From Clostridia bacterium (GTDB lineage Bacteria; Bacillota; Clostridia; TANB77; CAG-508), in contig JAAWKA010000001.1 in assembly GCA_022797145.1 (NCBI GenBank), positions 61,745-125,744 on the forward strand: 64,000 nt of DNA, written 5' to 3'. The notes beneath the pieces were generated by a model. The model was not told the origin of the DNA. It did not search any database and was given only the letters and a program-made list of their open reading frames with translations. The translations under genes were made by a program, and so were the position numbers. This document shows, piece by piece, positions 17,585-27,471 of the stretch (positions are counted from its first letter, which is position 1; each line of letters starts with the position of its first letter).

Positions 17585-19828
17585 TTATTTATTTTTATTA
17601 AAGTATTTCTCAAACTCGTCTTTTAATATTGGTTTAAAATAATAATAGCCTTGAATAATATCACCTTCTAGTCTTTTTACGAAATCAACTTGTTCTTTTG
17701 TTTCAACTCCTTCGATAATTGTTTTTACTTCAAGATGTTTTGCAATAAGCATAATATAGTTAATTATGTTTTTATCACTTTTTAAGTCAGCTTTATCTAC
17801 AAATATTTTATCTATCTTTATTATATCTATTGGCATGCTTTGAAGCATACTAAGTGACGAATAGCCAGTTCCAAAGTCATCTATTGATAAAATAAATCCT
17901 TTTTCTTTGATTTTATTCATTATTTTTAAAATATCTATTTTTTCTTCTATTGTTGCACTTTCTGTAATTTCCAAATCTATTTTTTCTCTATCTACATCAT
18001 ATCTGTCTACAATTTTTACATACTCTTCTATAAAGTTTTCATTTGCAAAATGTTCTTTAGATACATTAATTGAAATAGTTGGAGTAAAGTTATATTTTTG
18101 TTTCCAACTAGCAATGTCTTTACAAACTTGTTCAAAAATATATAAATCTAATTTTATAATAAATTTATTCTTTTCAAATAAAGGAATAAACTTATTAGGT
18201 GAAATAACCTTTCCATCTCTTATCCATCTTACAAGTGCTTCTGCACCTGCAAGTTTTTCAGTTTGAGTATATATTTTAGGTTGATATACTACTTTAAATT
18301 CATGATTTTTTAGTGCTTCTTTCATATAAGCTTCAATTTTTTGTTCCTCTATTAACTGGTTTTCAAGTATTTCATCAAATATATAGTAGTTGTCATGATA
18401 AAATCCTTTTATTTTTGCTCTAGCCATATATGCTTTGTCTAGTATTTTGTTGATATCTTTATCTTCATTCTCAACTTTATAGACACCTATTGCTAAATTT
18501 ACAGTCACTTCTGTTTCATCTATTCTAAATTTTGAAATTTGGTGAAAAATTTTATTAAGTAATTCATGAATATTATCCTCATAACTAAATATAGTTACAA
18601 AAATATCACTCGAAATTCTACAGGTAATATTATCTTTAGGCAATACTTTTGTTAATTTCTCTCCAAGTATTTTTAATATTTTGTTACAAAATTCATATCC
18701 ATAAATATTATTTAAGGCTTTAAATTTATTAATATCTAATGAAATTATATATTTATTGGGTACTGAGTTATTTAAGTATTTTGTGCCATTTTCTTTAAAG
18801 TAATCATCATTACCTAATGAAGTTATTGGATCAATATATGCAACTTGATATAATTTATAGTTTTTCTTTTGATTTGAAATATTGATATAAATAGATATGC
18901 TAATTATAACAGAAATAATAACTAAACAAAGACAAAAAGATATAACTAACAATGTAATAAGTTCTTTTGCAATAGTATTATCTGATATTATTGTTACTAC
19001 ATACCAATCATTTATATTAACTTTTTCATAGTGTATAAAATAGGTTTCTTTATCAAATTTTATATTAAAATTCCCTACTTGATGTTTTTTTATATCTTGT
19101 GCCATTGTATTTATTTTATTAATATCTTCTTGTTTTAAGACATATCTACTTTTTAAGTGATTATATAAATTAGTATTATTGTCTTTTATTTCATCAAATG
19201 TATCAATTAATATATGCCCATTATTATTAATTAGATATGTTCCACCTTTGTCAAATAATCTTCTTAATAATATTTCTTTATAGTCTTCTGTATTAATTGT
19301 TGCCATTAATACTCTTTCTTCTCCCTTTAGTTTAAAAGTCTTAGAGTATATATTTACTTGATTGTTAGAGACTGTACTTGGCCTATTTTCAGATAAATAT
19401 ACTTCTTCTTTATTATCAAAAAATTCCTCAATATTAGCATAATTTTTAACTACCTTTTCATCACTTGTAACTCCATTTCCCTTTTTATCTAAAATAACCA
19501 ATCTTGTAAAATGATAATTTTCTAAATCATCTTTAAATCTATCAAAAATCTCTGTTGTTGTTTCAAAATATCCCCTATTTATTAAATCTACCATTATTTT
19601 TACAAAGTTTTTTTGATCTGTTATAGATAAGTTCAGCTGGGCTGCTGTTTGTTCACTAAGTTCTGTTATATTATTGTTTATATTTTTATATACTAATTCT
19701 TTAATATATTTTACATAGTAAAAGGAGATTATAAGAATTGCAATAAATAAAATTATTATCCATAAAAAACTTGATTTTTGTTTGTTTGTTTGCATATATT
19801 CAGATTCATTTTTATTTTTTTTACTCAT
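17585..19828 (-). CDS. membrane sensor (Cache-like periplasmic domain) + degenerate GGDEF + EAL phosphodiesterase
   Basis: Two TMs flank an extracytoplasmic domain of about 250 aa. The GGDEF position reads RISSDIFV. EAL motifs EALVRW, DDFGTGYSSL and EGVET are intact. Confidence 0.8.
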   Translation of the reverse strand: MSKKNKNESEYMQTNKQKSSFLWIIILFIAILIISFYYVKYIKELVYKNINNNITELSEQTAAQLNLSITDQKNFVKIMVDLINRGYFETTTEIFDRFKDDLENYHFTRLVILDKKGNGVTSDEKVVKNYANIEEFFDNKEEVYLSENRPSTVSNNQVNIYSKTFKLKGEERVLMATINTEDYKEILLRRLFDKGGTYLINNNGHILIDTFDEIKDNNTNLYNHLKSRYVLKQEDINKINTMAQDIKKHQVGNFNIKFDKETYFIHYEKVNINDWYVVTIISDNTIAKELITLLVISFCLCLVIISVIISISIYINISNQKKNYKLYQVAYIDPITSLGNDDYFKENGTKYLNNSVPNKYIISLDINKFKALNNIYGYEFCNKILKILGEKLTKVLPKDNITCRISSDIFVTIFSYEDNIHELLNKIFHQISKFRIDETEVTVNLAIGVYKVENEDKDINKILDKAYMARAKIKGFYHDNYYIFDEILENQLIEEQKIEAYMKEALKNHEFKVVYQPKIYTQTEKLAGAEALVRWIRDGKVISPNKFIPLFEKNKFIIKLDLYIFEQVCKDIASWKQKYNFTPTISINVSKEHFANENFIEEYVKIVDRYDVDREKIDLEITESATIEEKIDILKIMNKIKEKGFILSIDDFGTGYSSLSMLQSMPIDIIKIDKIFVDKADLKSDKNIINYIMLIAKHLEVKTIIEGVETKEQVDFVKRLEGDIIQGYYYFKPILKDEFEKYFNKNK

Positions 19829-20060
19829 ACTTTTCTCCTTAGTTTAATATATATTCATATAAAAATTTAATTTTTATTTTCAAAATTTCTTTTAAAAGAA
19901 TTTGAAAAGTTTGTTTATTATTGTTTTTTCGACTTATTATTTTGTAATAATATATCATATCCCCTATAAAAAGTCTACCAAAATAAGTAAAACTTTGTAA
20001 TTGACTTATTTACATATTGGTGTATAAAATTTTGCTCTGATTATTAAATTTAATTTCATA

Positions 20061-20096
20061 AAAAATTAGATGTAAACTTATTCATTCACATCTAAG
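20061..20096 (-). terminator. rho-independent terminator downstream of the TfoX-N gene
   Basis: Minus strand reads ttagatgt-gaatgaataagttt-acatctaa followed by tttttt. Confidence 0.6.
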
Positions 20097-20152
20097 GATA
20101 TATATAGTTTGTATTTATTTAACATTTTTGTTTTAAAATAATATTATTGTAT

Positions 20153-20461
20153 CTATTTTTTTGCTGACAAATCTTTGCAAGTTTCAATTATTATTTCTTT
20201 TAATCCTTCTTTATTATCTATATCATCAACTAAATACATTGGCTTAGCATTTTTATAAGGTATTTGTTCTTTCATATTATACTTTTTATTACTTGCTACA
20301 ATTTTCACAAGTAATTTATTATCATAGATTCCTCCAAATAAAATATTATTGTAATATAATAAATATTCCCCCATCATTGCTCTGCAAGTTATATTACCTA
20401 ATAAGTCTAATTGTTCCAATATAAATTCTTTATAATCTTTTGATGTAGCTATTTTTCTCAC
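20153..20461 (-). CDS. TfoX N-terminal-domain protein
   Basis: 102 aa with the TfoX_N pattern ILEQLDLLGNITCRAMMGEYLLYYNNILFGGIYDNKLLVK. Apparent GTG start with a weak SD. Confidence 0.6.
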   Translation of the reverse strand: MRKIATSKDYKEFILEQLDLLGNITCRAMMGEYLLYYNNILFGGIYDNKLLVKIVASNKKYNMKEQIPYKNAKPMYLVDDIDNKEGLKEIIIETCKDLSAKK

Positions 20462-20783
20462 CTCTTTTTTATATTAATTCCATTTTCTATTTTTTCTTTC
20501 GTATTTTTATATTTTCATTCCATATTTTAGCTTTTTCCAAGTCTTTTTAGTGTACTCCTCCTGAATATTCATTTTTCGAAATCCTTGTGGTTGTAAGACT
20601 ATTTGTTTTTACGTCGTAGATATCTTTCTTCCTCTGCGATAAAGCATTATGACCACACTTTTATCTTTCATTTTTCTTGTATAATTGTTTTCATTTCCAG
20701 TTTCTAAAATATTTATCATATATAATTTTTCTGACATTTCATATACATTTTATAATTCAAATGTATATGAAATATTATATTTT

Positions 20784-21779
20784 CTACTTCAATTTTTTAA
20801 TATCCTCTCCCATAATTTCAAGATAATCTTTTTCAGCTTGAGTTAAATGGGTTTTCATATATTTATCATATTCTTTATGTGCTTTTTCTAATGCCTTTTC
20901 ATGAGATATTTTTCCAGCACCTTCTAATATTTCTTTATGTGTCATAGTTAAAAATCCATCCAATTCTTTTATCCAATCTTTCATTGTCATAGCATGCATA
21001 TTTAAAGCATTAATTTCTGCTACATCTAAATAAGCTGATACCATTCTATTTAATAAATCTAATTCTTTTTCTGATAAATAATTTTTTGCGATTTCTGTTT
21101 CTGCTCTTGTAGGACTATTTCCTCTAAAATTAGTTAATCCAATATTCTCCTTTTCACTATCTACCCTATTGAAAATCACTTCTGCTGCTGTGTTCCCATG
21201 AACTGCATAATGCATCTTGTTTTGAACAGTTTTAAAAAATTCTTTTGTTTTTTCATCTCTTGCATCATAATCAATACTTGTAGCATATATATCTAAAATC
21301 TTTCTCCAAAATACTTTTTCTGATGAACGAATATCTCTAATTTTTTCTAGTACTTCTTCAAAATATACGCCACCACCATTATTTTTAAACCTATCAACAT
21401 TCAAATTATATCCTTTTATTAGATATTCTTTTATTAATTTATTTGCCCATATTCTAAATTGAGTTCCACGAATTGACTTTACACGATATCCAACTGATAT
21501 AATTAAATCTAAATTGTAAAATTTTGTTTTATAATTTTTACCATCTGAGGCAGTTGTCAAGTTTTCCTTGACAACTGAATTTTCATTCAGTTCTTTTTCT
21601 TCAAAAATATTTTTTATATGTAAACTTATATTTTGTTTCGTTGTATCAAATAATTCTGCCATAGCATTTTGTGTCAGCCAAACATTTTCATCTTCAAGTC
21701 TAACTTCTATTTTAACTTGTCCATCATCAGTTGTATAAAATATTATATCATTATTTTGTTTAACTACCACATTATCCAT
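20784..21779 (-). CDS. RhuM-family protein
   Basis: Characteristic RhuM sequence FYTTDDGQVKIEVRLEDENVWLTQNAMAELFDTTKQNISLHIKNIFEEKEL...YNLDLIISVGYRVKSIRGTQFRIWANKLIKEYLIKGY. Confidence 0.85.
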   Translation of the reverse strand: MDNVVVKQNNDIIFYTTDDGQVKIEVRLEDENVWLTQNAMAELFDTTKQNISLHIKNIFEEKELNENSVVKENLTTASDGKNYKTKFYNLDLIISVGYRVKSIRGTQFRIWANKLIKEYLIKGYNLNVDRFKNNGGGVYFEEVLEKIRDIRSSEKVFWRKILDIYATSIDYDARDEKTKEFFKTVQNKMHYAVHGNTAAEVIFNRVDSEKENIGLTNFRGNSPTRAETEIAKNYLSEKELDLLNRMVSAYLDVAEINALNMHAMTMKDWIKELDGFLTMTHKEILEGAGKISHEKALEKAHKEYDKYMKTHLTQAEKDYLEIMGEDIKKLK

Positions 21780-21807
21780 TTAACATCCTCCTCTCCATCA
21801 TTTTGAT

Positions 21808-23016
21808 TTACAATTCATCAATAAAACCAAGCATAAAATACTCTGTGTGAAATAATTCAGAAAGCAAATTATCTTTATTAAATTCTATATTGCAATTATC
21901 AAAAATTTTTTTATCAATATACATATACTCACTTTTTGGTATTCTATTTCCAGTAATAATAAGATTTTCACCATATTTTTCTTGATGGCTTTGCATATAT
22001 ATTTCAAATTTATCTATTTCTTCTTTTGGTTGATTATTATCAAAATCAAAATATGGCTCAAATTGTTTCAATACAGTTAGTTTTTCATATTTATAAGCAT
22101 TTATAAAGTCTTTATAGATTTCTTCTCCAATAATTTTCTCATACACTTCTTTAAAATAAATAAGTATCAACATATTACTTATATTTACTTTATTATTTTG
22201 GTCAGCAGATAGCATTATTCTACACCTAACACTACCATCTCCCATAATTTCTATAAAATTATTACTGCCCGCATTAGACAATACCTTATTCCCATTCTGT
22301 GTAGATTCGCTTTTTCCTAATACTATAACTATAGAATATCCTACTCTAGTTATATTATAATACTTATTGTCTTTTTTTATTTTTTTAGATAATTCTTCTA
22401 AATCAATATTAAATATCTTTTTCTGTAATCTCTTTGAATCGTTAACAGTTATTGAAAAGCCTACATCTACATATCCACATAAATTATTTGGTAAATTGTT
22501 TACATTATTAATATCGTCAATTTCAATTTTATTCTTTATTTTTTTATTTTGATCTTCTCTCTTATAATATAGTTGTATTAATTTTGAAGATTCGTTGATT
22601 GGAAATGAACCAGATGAAACTCGTTCATATATTTTACCCGTGTTTGTAATATAAGGTGGATGGCTTCCTTCTTCAATTTTTATTATATAAATATTTTTCT
22701 CCTTATCTATGCTTACTTTTTTTACATCAAAGTTAGGAATTGGTGTTATAGAATCATGTATTGTAATATGAATTTTTTGCTCGTCCCATTTAGTGCAACC
22801 TGAAATTTTCTTATCATCATCTATTCCTATTATTATATATCCACCATAAGTATTTGCAAAAGCAGAAATCTCTTTTATTAGCTTTTTAGTACTTACATCT
22901 TCATTTTTATATTCAAAAAAGAAATTCTCATCATCATCACTTGCTAATAAAGTTTCTATATCCTCTTTACTTATTTGATTCCATTGCTTTCCATTTATAT
23001 TAATCACTTTTGGCAT
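21808..23016 (-). CDS. AlbA_2 (Schlafen-like, 'divergent AAA') domain protein with unknown C-terminal half
   Basis: The N-terminal ~150 aa fit the AlbA_2 pattern (ENFFFEYKNEDV...EISAFANTYGGYIIIGIDDD...HPPYI...IYERVSS). The C-terminal ~230 aa show no recognisable motif. Confidence 0.6.
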   Translation of the reverse strand: MPKVININGKQWNQISKEDIETLLASDDDENFFFEYKNEDVSTKKLIKEISAFANTYGGYIIIGIDDDKKISGCTKWDEQKIHITIHDSITPIPNFDVKKVSIDKEKNIYIIKIEEGSHPPYITNTGKIYERVSSGSFPINESSKLIQLYYKREDQNKKIKNKIEIDDINNVNNLPNNLCGYVDVGFSITVNDSKRLQKKIFNIDLEELSKKIKKDNKYYNITRVGYSIVIVLGKSESTQNGNKVLSNAGSNNFIEIMGDGSVRCRIMLSADQNNKVNISNMLILIYFKEVYEKIIGEEIYKDFINAYKYEKLTVLKQFEPYFDFDNNQPKEEIDKFEIYMQSHQEKYGENLIITGNRIPKSEYMYIDKKIFDNCNIEFNKDNLLSELFHTEYFMLGFIDEL

Positions 23017-23100
23017 TTCCTTTCTTCTTCATTTTTAAATAAAATCTTATCAAAAATTGTTATTTCTACATTTAAAATAAATATCTATCACTAATATAAT

Positions 23101-23910
23101 TTATTTTTTAGAATAATTCTCCAATAATCTACAGATAACTTTTTCGACTTGTTTATTAGTATATTCTTTGGGTAAATATTTTCTTAGTTGATCATATGGC
23201 ATAGTAAATTTTTCTTTTTGATTTGGTTTCTCTTCTAGCATAATTTGTTCTATAATTTCTTCATTTAACTTTCCATCTAATTCTAATTTTTTCATTCTAA
23301 TTGCTTGTCCAACTGTTGGTGTCGCATCTTCCATCTCAATAAAGTCATTAACTATGCTTTGATTTTCTTTAGTTAAATATGATAATTCTAATGCAGGACT
23401 AAAAGCTATTCTTCCTATATCTACTAGCTCTAATAATTCTGGAATTAAATTCGTTAATCTTATATAATTATTAATCTTTTTTATACTTTTTTCATTTGTA
23501 AATTCTATATTTTCTAACTTCCACTCTTGAGGAGTTACATCAAAAACAAAAATCCTTTTACTTTGAACTTTTATTGCGTCCAATTTCATTTTATATGCGA
23601 AAGCTCTTTCGCTTGGCAGTATATTTTCTCTATCTATATTACAATCTATCATTGCTTAAATTGCTTCATTATCATTCATCTTTTTAACAATACAAGGTAT
23701 TTTCTTAATGTTTAAGAGTTCAGCTACATACTTTCTTCTATGCCCAGATATGATTTCATATAAATCATTTACTTCCCTAACTATTAAAGGAGTTATGATT
23801 CCATTAATAACTATACTTTCAATTAGTTCTTTCATATTTTCAGTTAATGTTAATTTAAATGGATAATCCTTAAAATTTTTAAGCTTGTTTATATCAATAT
23901 CTGTTATCAT
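23101..23910 (-). pseudogene. ParB/Srx-fold (ParB N-terminal domain) protein interrupted by one in-frame TAA
   Basis: ORFs 23656-23910 (...EIISGHRRKYV...NDNEAI*) and 23101-23652 (MIDCNIDRENILPSERAFAYKMK...) are in the same frame. The minus strand reads GAA GCA ATT TAA GCA ATG ATA GAT, and the two halves together form one ParB-like protein. Confidence 0.7.
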
Positions 23911-23952
23911 ACTTTATTTCCTCATATTATTTTTTAATTATATTAAATTTAT

Positions 23953-24987
23953 CTATCTCTTTTGCAAGTCTTTTGAATAATATATCATATTAGTACAGAC
24001 TAATTCTCCCTCCTTTATTTCTTCATCATAATTATCTATAAAAAAATTCTTTATTGTTTTCTCATATTTATCAAATCCTTGTTTAACATAAAATGGAATA
24101 TTATTTTCTGTTGTTCCTACTAGCATTTTATCATATCTTTGTTTGTAATTACCACATAGTGACTTTAATAAAATTTTTGCATACCCTTTATTTCTATATT
24201 TTTCTTTCGTAACTATATTTTTTAATTCTAAAGCTTTCCTAGAAATAGGCAAAATAACTGCAATACAAATTATCTCATCATTCTTTTTTAGTGCATATAC
24301 ATCAGAATCACTTAGATACTTACGTATCATATTTTCTGAAGGATCTGCCTCTAAAAACATTTCCATATAATCATCTTTATTTTCTATCCTTTTTACTTGT
24401 AATCTTGGCTCTTTTGGATATTCATATCCATTTGGAGTTATATGCTTTAAACTTTTGTGGTCATCGTTGGCTATGTATTCTGAAAATATACATCCACAAT
24501 ATTTTTGCATATATAATCCTAAATCTCTTGCTTTTTGTTGTCCTTGTCTAAAACCTAGCTTGAAATCTTTATATAAAAATTTTAATCCATATTTTTTTGC
24601 TGCCTCTTCTCCTATTTGTTTTATTCCTTCTTGATTTTGATATGGACTAACTAATAAAGTTGTTGAAATTGTATCATATCCATTTTCTTTTGCATATTTA
24701 GCTGTCTTTTCTAATCGTACTTTGTAACAATATTTAATACATCTATTGTCTATATCATTTATTACATTTCTAGTAAATTCTCTTAGTCCATATTCTTCCT
24801 CAAATATTGCTTCTACTTTTATTTGCTTTACATATTCTTTTAATGTATCTCTTCTCATTTTATATTCCATATATGGATGTATATTAGGATTATACCAATA
24901 TATTGTTGGTTCTATTCCCTCATTTCTTAAGTTTTCTATGCAATATACACTGCATGGTGCACAGCAAGTATGTAATAATAATTTCAT
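23953..24987 (-). CDS. queH: epoxyqueuosine reductase QueH (DUF208) fused to a C-terminal GNAT acetyltransferase domain
   Basis: The N-terminus has LLHTCCAPCSVYC and YCGCIFSE (QueH Cys motifs). Residues ~200-344 carry GNAT motif A, KNIVTKEKYRNKGYAKILLKSL. Confidence 0.75.
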   Translation of the reverse strand: MKLLLHTCCAPCSVYCIENLRNEGIEPTIYWYNPNIHPYMEYKMRRDTLKEYVKQIKVEAIFEEEYGLREFTRNVINDIDNRCIKYCYKVRLEKTAKYAKENGYDTISTTLLVSPYQNQEGIKQIGEEAAKKYGLKFLYKDFKLGFRQGQQKARDLGLYMQKYCGCIFSEYIANDDHKSLKHITPNGYEYPKEPRLQVKRIENKDDYMEMFLEADPSENMIRKYLSDSDVYALKKNDEIICIAVILPISRKALELKNIVTKEKYRNKGYAKILLKSLCGNYKQRYDKMLVGTTENNIPFYVKQGFDKYEKTIKNFFIDNYDEEIKEGELVCTNMIYYSKDLQKR

Positions 24988-25077
24988 TTTTTAATCCTTT
25001 TAACTATATTTACAATCTATAGCATTTTATAATCTAAAATATTGATTGTATAAATATTTTAGACACTTTTCTTATCT

Positions 25078-26400
25078 TCAACTTTGCTTTTTACATAATC
25101 CTATAATTTTACCTACTATTATCTGTATACTAATAATACTTAATATTAAAATTCTATTTGTAAAAAACGGATGGTGTATAGAATGGTTTTTTAGTACTAA
25201 ATACCAAACTATTGGCATCATAAATGTTAGTATATCTGGCATTAATTCTATTCCGTTTATATTATTTTTAACTTTTTTATATACTCCAATTCCTAAATAG
25301 ATAAAGCACAAAATAAATACAAATTTTATAATATTTTCTCCTAAAAACTCTAAATTTATTTTTAATACATTTTGATTGTTAGTAATTGCATCATTTGTTA
25401 TGGTTCTAAATAAAATTTGATTTATTGCTAACTCTATTGTATTTCTTCTTAAAATTATATCTACTAATATCCATTTTGAAAGCCAAGTTACCCCATAGCC
25501 TATTCCCCATAGTAGTACTAATTTTATATATTCTAAAATTGTTTTTTTATAAATATTATTTTCTTTATATTTCATTAAAAAATATATACTAAGAGGTATT
25601 CCAAGTGTTATAATTGGTTGTGTTAATAAATCTATAAAATTTGTTATAGAACCTACAATAAAAAAATATATTCCTATGTCTTTTATCTTATTGCCTCTTT
25701 TTAAAATTAAAATAGAAGCTATTATTGATATATAATATACTAATATTTCATTAAAAGATAATGTAACTATAAATATGCTTATACAAATTAAACTAATGAA
25801 ATAAACTATGCTTTCATAGATTCCAAGTTTCTTTTTTATTAAATATATAAAATTTCCTATTAAAATTATACTTGTAATAAATGAGATTATCCTTATTACT
25901 TTATAATCAAATAATAGTAATAGTGGTCTTAATAAAACTAGATATCCATGCCAATATCTTGTATATTCAAAAGATTGTAACACATATTTTTCATCATGTA
26001 CTAAGTCATAGAGTTCTGGAGTTTGCCATGCTCCTTCTCCATATTTGGGATCTGATTTTAAATCTTTTAATGGTTCCCTATTTAGTATTTTTGTTCTTTC
26101 TGGAATATAGTTTTTTCGTGCAAGTAGAAATGACTCTATTGGTTTTTTACTATCTATTGAATATGCTGTATTGATCATTAATGCATCTGTAAAAGTAAAT
26201 AGTATCTCTCTTTTATATGGTAAATTAAAAGTTTCCTTCTCTCCTATTTTTAATAATGTCTCTGAAGATCTTAATACATTTGTACTTATCAATTTTGTAG
26301 GAAAAATGGATGATATTAGCATACTTATTAAGTATATTAATATCAATACAATGAATGTTAAAATATATTTTATAAATTTATTTTGTAATAATTTTTTCAA
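25078..26400 (-). CDS. polytopic membrane protein, unknown function
   Basis: 440 aa with multiple TM segments. No catalytic motif recognised. Confidence 0.45.
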   Translation of the reverse strand: MKKLLQNKFIKYILTFIVLILIYLISMLISSIFPTKLISTNVLRSSETLLKIGEKETFNLPYKREILFTFTDALMINTAYSIDSKKPIESFLLARKNYIPERTKILNREPLKDLKSDPKYGEGAWQTPELYDLVHDEKYVLQSFEYTRYWHGYLVLLRPLLLLFDYKVIRIISFITSIILIGNFIYLIKKKLGIYESIVYFISLICISIFIVTLSFNEILVYYISIIASILILKRGNKIKDIGIYFFIVGSITNFIDLLTQPIITLGIPLSIYFLMKYKENNIYKKTILEYIKLVLLWGIGYGVTWLSKWILVDIILRRNTIELAINQILFRTITNDAITNNQNVLKINLEFLGENIIKFVFILCFIYLGIGVYKKVKNNINGIELMPDILTFMMPIVWYLVLKNHSIHHPFFTNRILILSIISIQIIVGKIIGLCKKQS

Positions 26401-26424
26401 TTTTTTCCCTCTTTTTAGTTTATA

Positions 26425-27432
26425 TTACTTTTGTTCATATGGTATTCCTAAGTGCTTATATGAATCTATCATAGCAATTCTTCCTCTTGGTGTTCTTGAT
26501 AAAAAACCAATCTGCATAAGATATGGCTCATATACATCTTCTATTGTATCTACTTCTTCTCCAATTGTAGCAGCTAATGTTTCTACTCCTACTGGTCCAC
26601 CCTTATATTTTAAAATAATTGTTTCTAACATTTTTCTGTCAATTTCATCTAGTCCCAATTCATCTATTTCTAATTTATTTAATGCTATTTTTGCTATTTC
26701 TAAAGTTATTGTTCCATCTCCTAATACAGAAGCATAATCTCTTACTCTTTTTAAGATTCGATTTGCTATTCTTGGTGTTCCTCTAGAACGTCTAGCAATT
26801 TCTTTTGAGGCCTTATTATCTATTGTAACTCCTAAAATAGTGCTTGAACGTTTTACAATAAGCTCTAGCTGTTCTGGATTATACAATTCTAATCTATTTA
26901 CAATTCCAAATCTATCTCTTAATGGGGTAGTTAATGAGCCTGCTTTTGTTGTTGCTCCTATTAATGTAAACTTAGGTAAATCTAGTCTTATTGATCTTGC
27001 ACTTGGTCCTTTTCCTATAATAATATCTAATGTATAGTCTTCTAATGCAGGATATAATATTTCCTCTACTGTTTTGTGTAATCTATGAATTTCATCAATA
27101 AATAATACATCAAATTCAGATAAATTAGTAAGTAATGCTGCTAAATCTCCTGGTTTTTCTATTGCTGGTCCTGATGTTATTTTTATATTTGAGTTCATTT
27201 CATTTGAAATAATATTTGATAATGTAGTTTTTCCAAGTCCTGGAGGACCATATAATAGAACATGGTCAAGAGGCTCTCCTCTTTTTTTAGCTGCTTCTAT
27301 ATATATTTTCATACTTTCTTTTACTTTATCTTGTCCTATATATTCATTTAAAGTTTTTGGTCGTAATGAGTTTTCTAATCTTTCCTCTTCTACATCCTCT
27401 AATTCAGGATTTATCATTCTGTTATCTTCCAT
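26425..27432 (-). CDS. ruvB: Holliday junction branch-migration helicase RuvB
   Basis: [12 protein letters not shown], Walker [10 protein letters not shown], Walker [10 protein letters not shown], and [11 protein letters not shown]. Confidence 0.95.
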   Translation of the reverse strand: MEDNRMINPELEDVEEERLENSLRPKTLNEYIGQDKVKESMKIYIEAAKKRGEPLDHVLLYGPPGLGKTTLSNIISNEMNSNIKITSGPAIEKPGDLAALLTNLSEFDVLFIDEIHRLHKTVEEILYPALEDYTLDIIIGKGPSARSIRLDLPKFTLIGATTKAGSLTTPLRDRFGIVNRLELYNPEQLELIVKRSSTILGVTIDNKASKEIARRSRGTPRIANRILKRVRDYASVLGDGTITLEIAKIALNKLEIDELGLDEIDRKMLETIILKYKGGPVGVETLAATIGEEVDTIEDVYEPYLMQIGFLSRTPRGRIAMIDSYKHLGIPYEQK

Positions 27433-27471
27433 CTAGTTATACATTCCTTTCTTTTAATCATTTTTATATGA

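Noticed and set aside
20462-20783. Possible gene remnant in the 320-bp ORF-free stretch between the TfoX-N and RhuM genes (the minus-strand frame gives ...GHNALSQRKKDIYDVKTNSLTTTRISKNEYSGGVH...).
   Set aside because: It is short, interrupted by stops, and has no recognisable motif. Only the 14-bp perfect inverted repeat atttcatatacatt/aatgtatatgaaat (20736-20773), a likely RhuM terminator, is clear.
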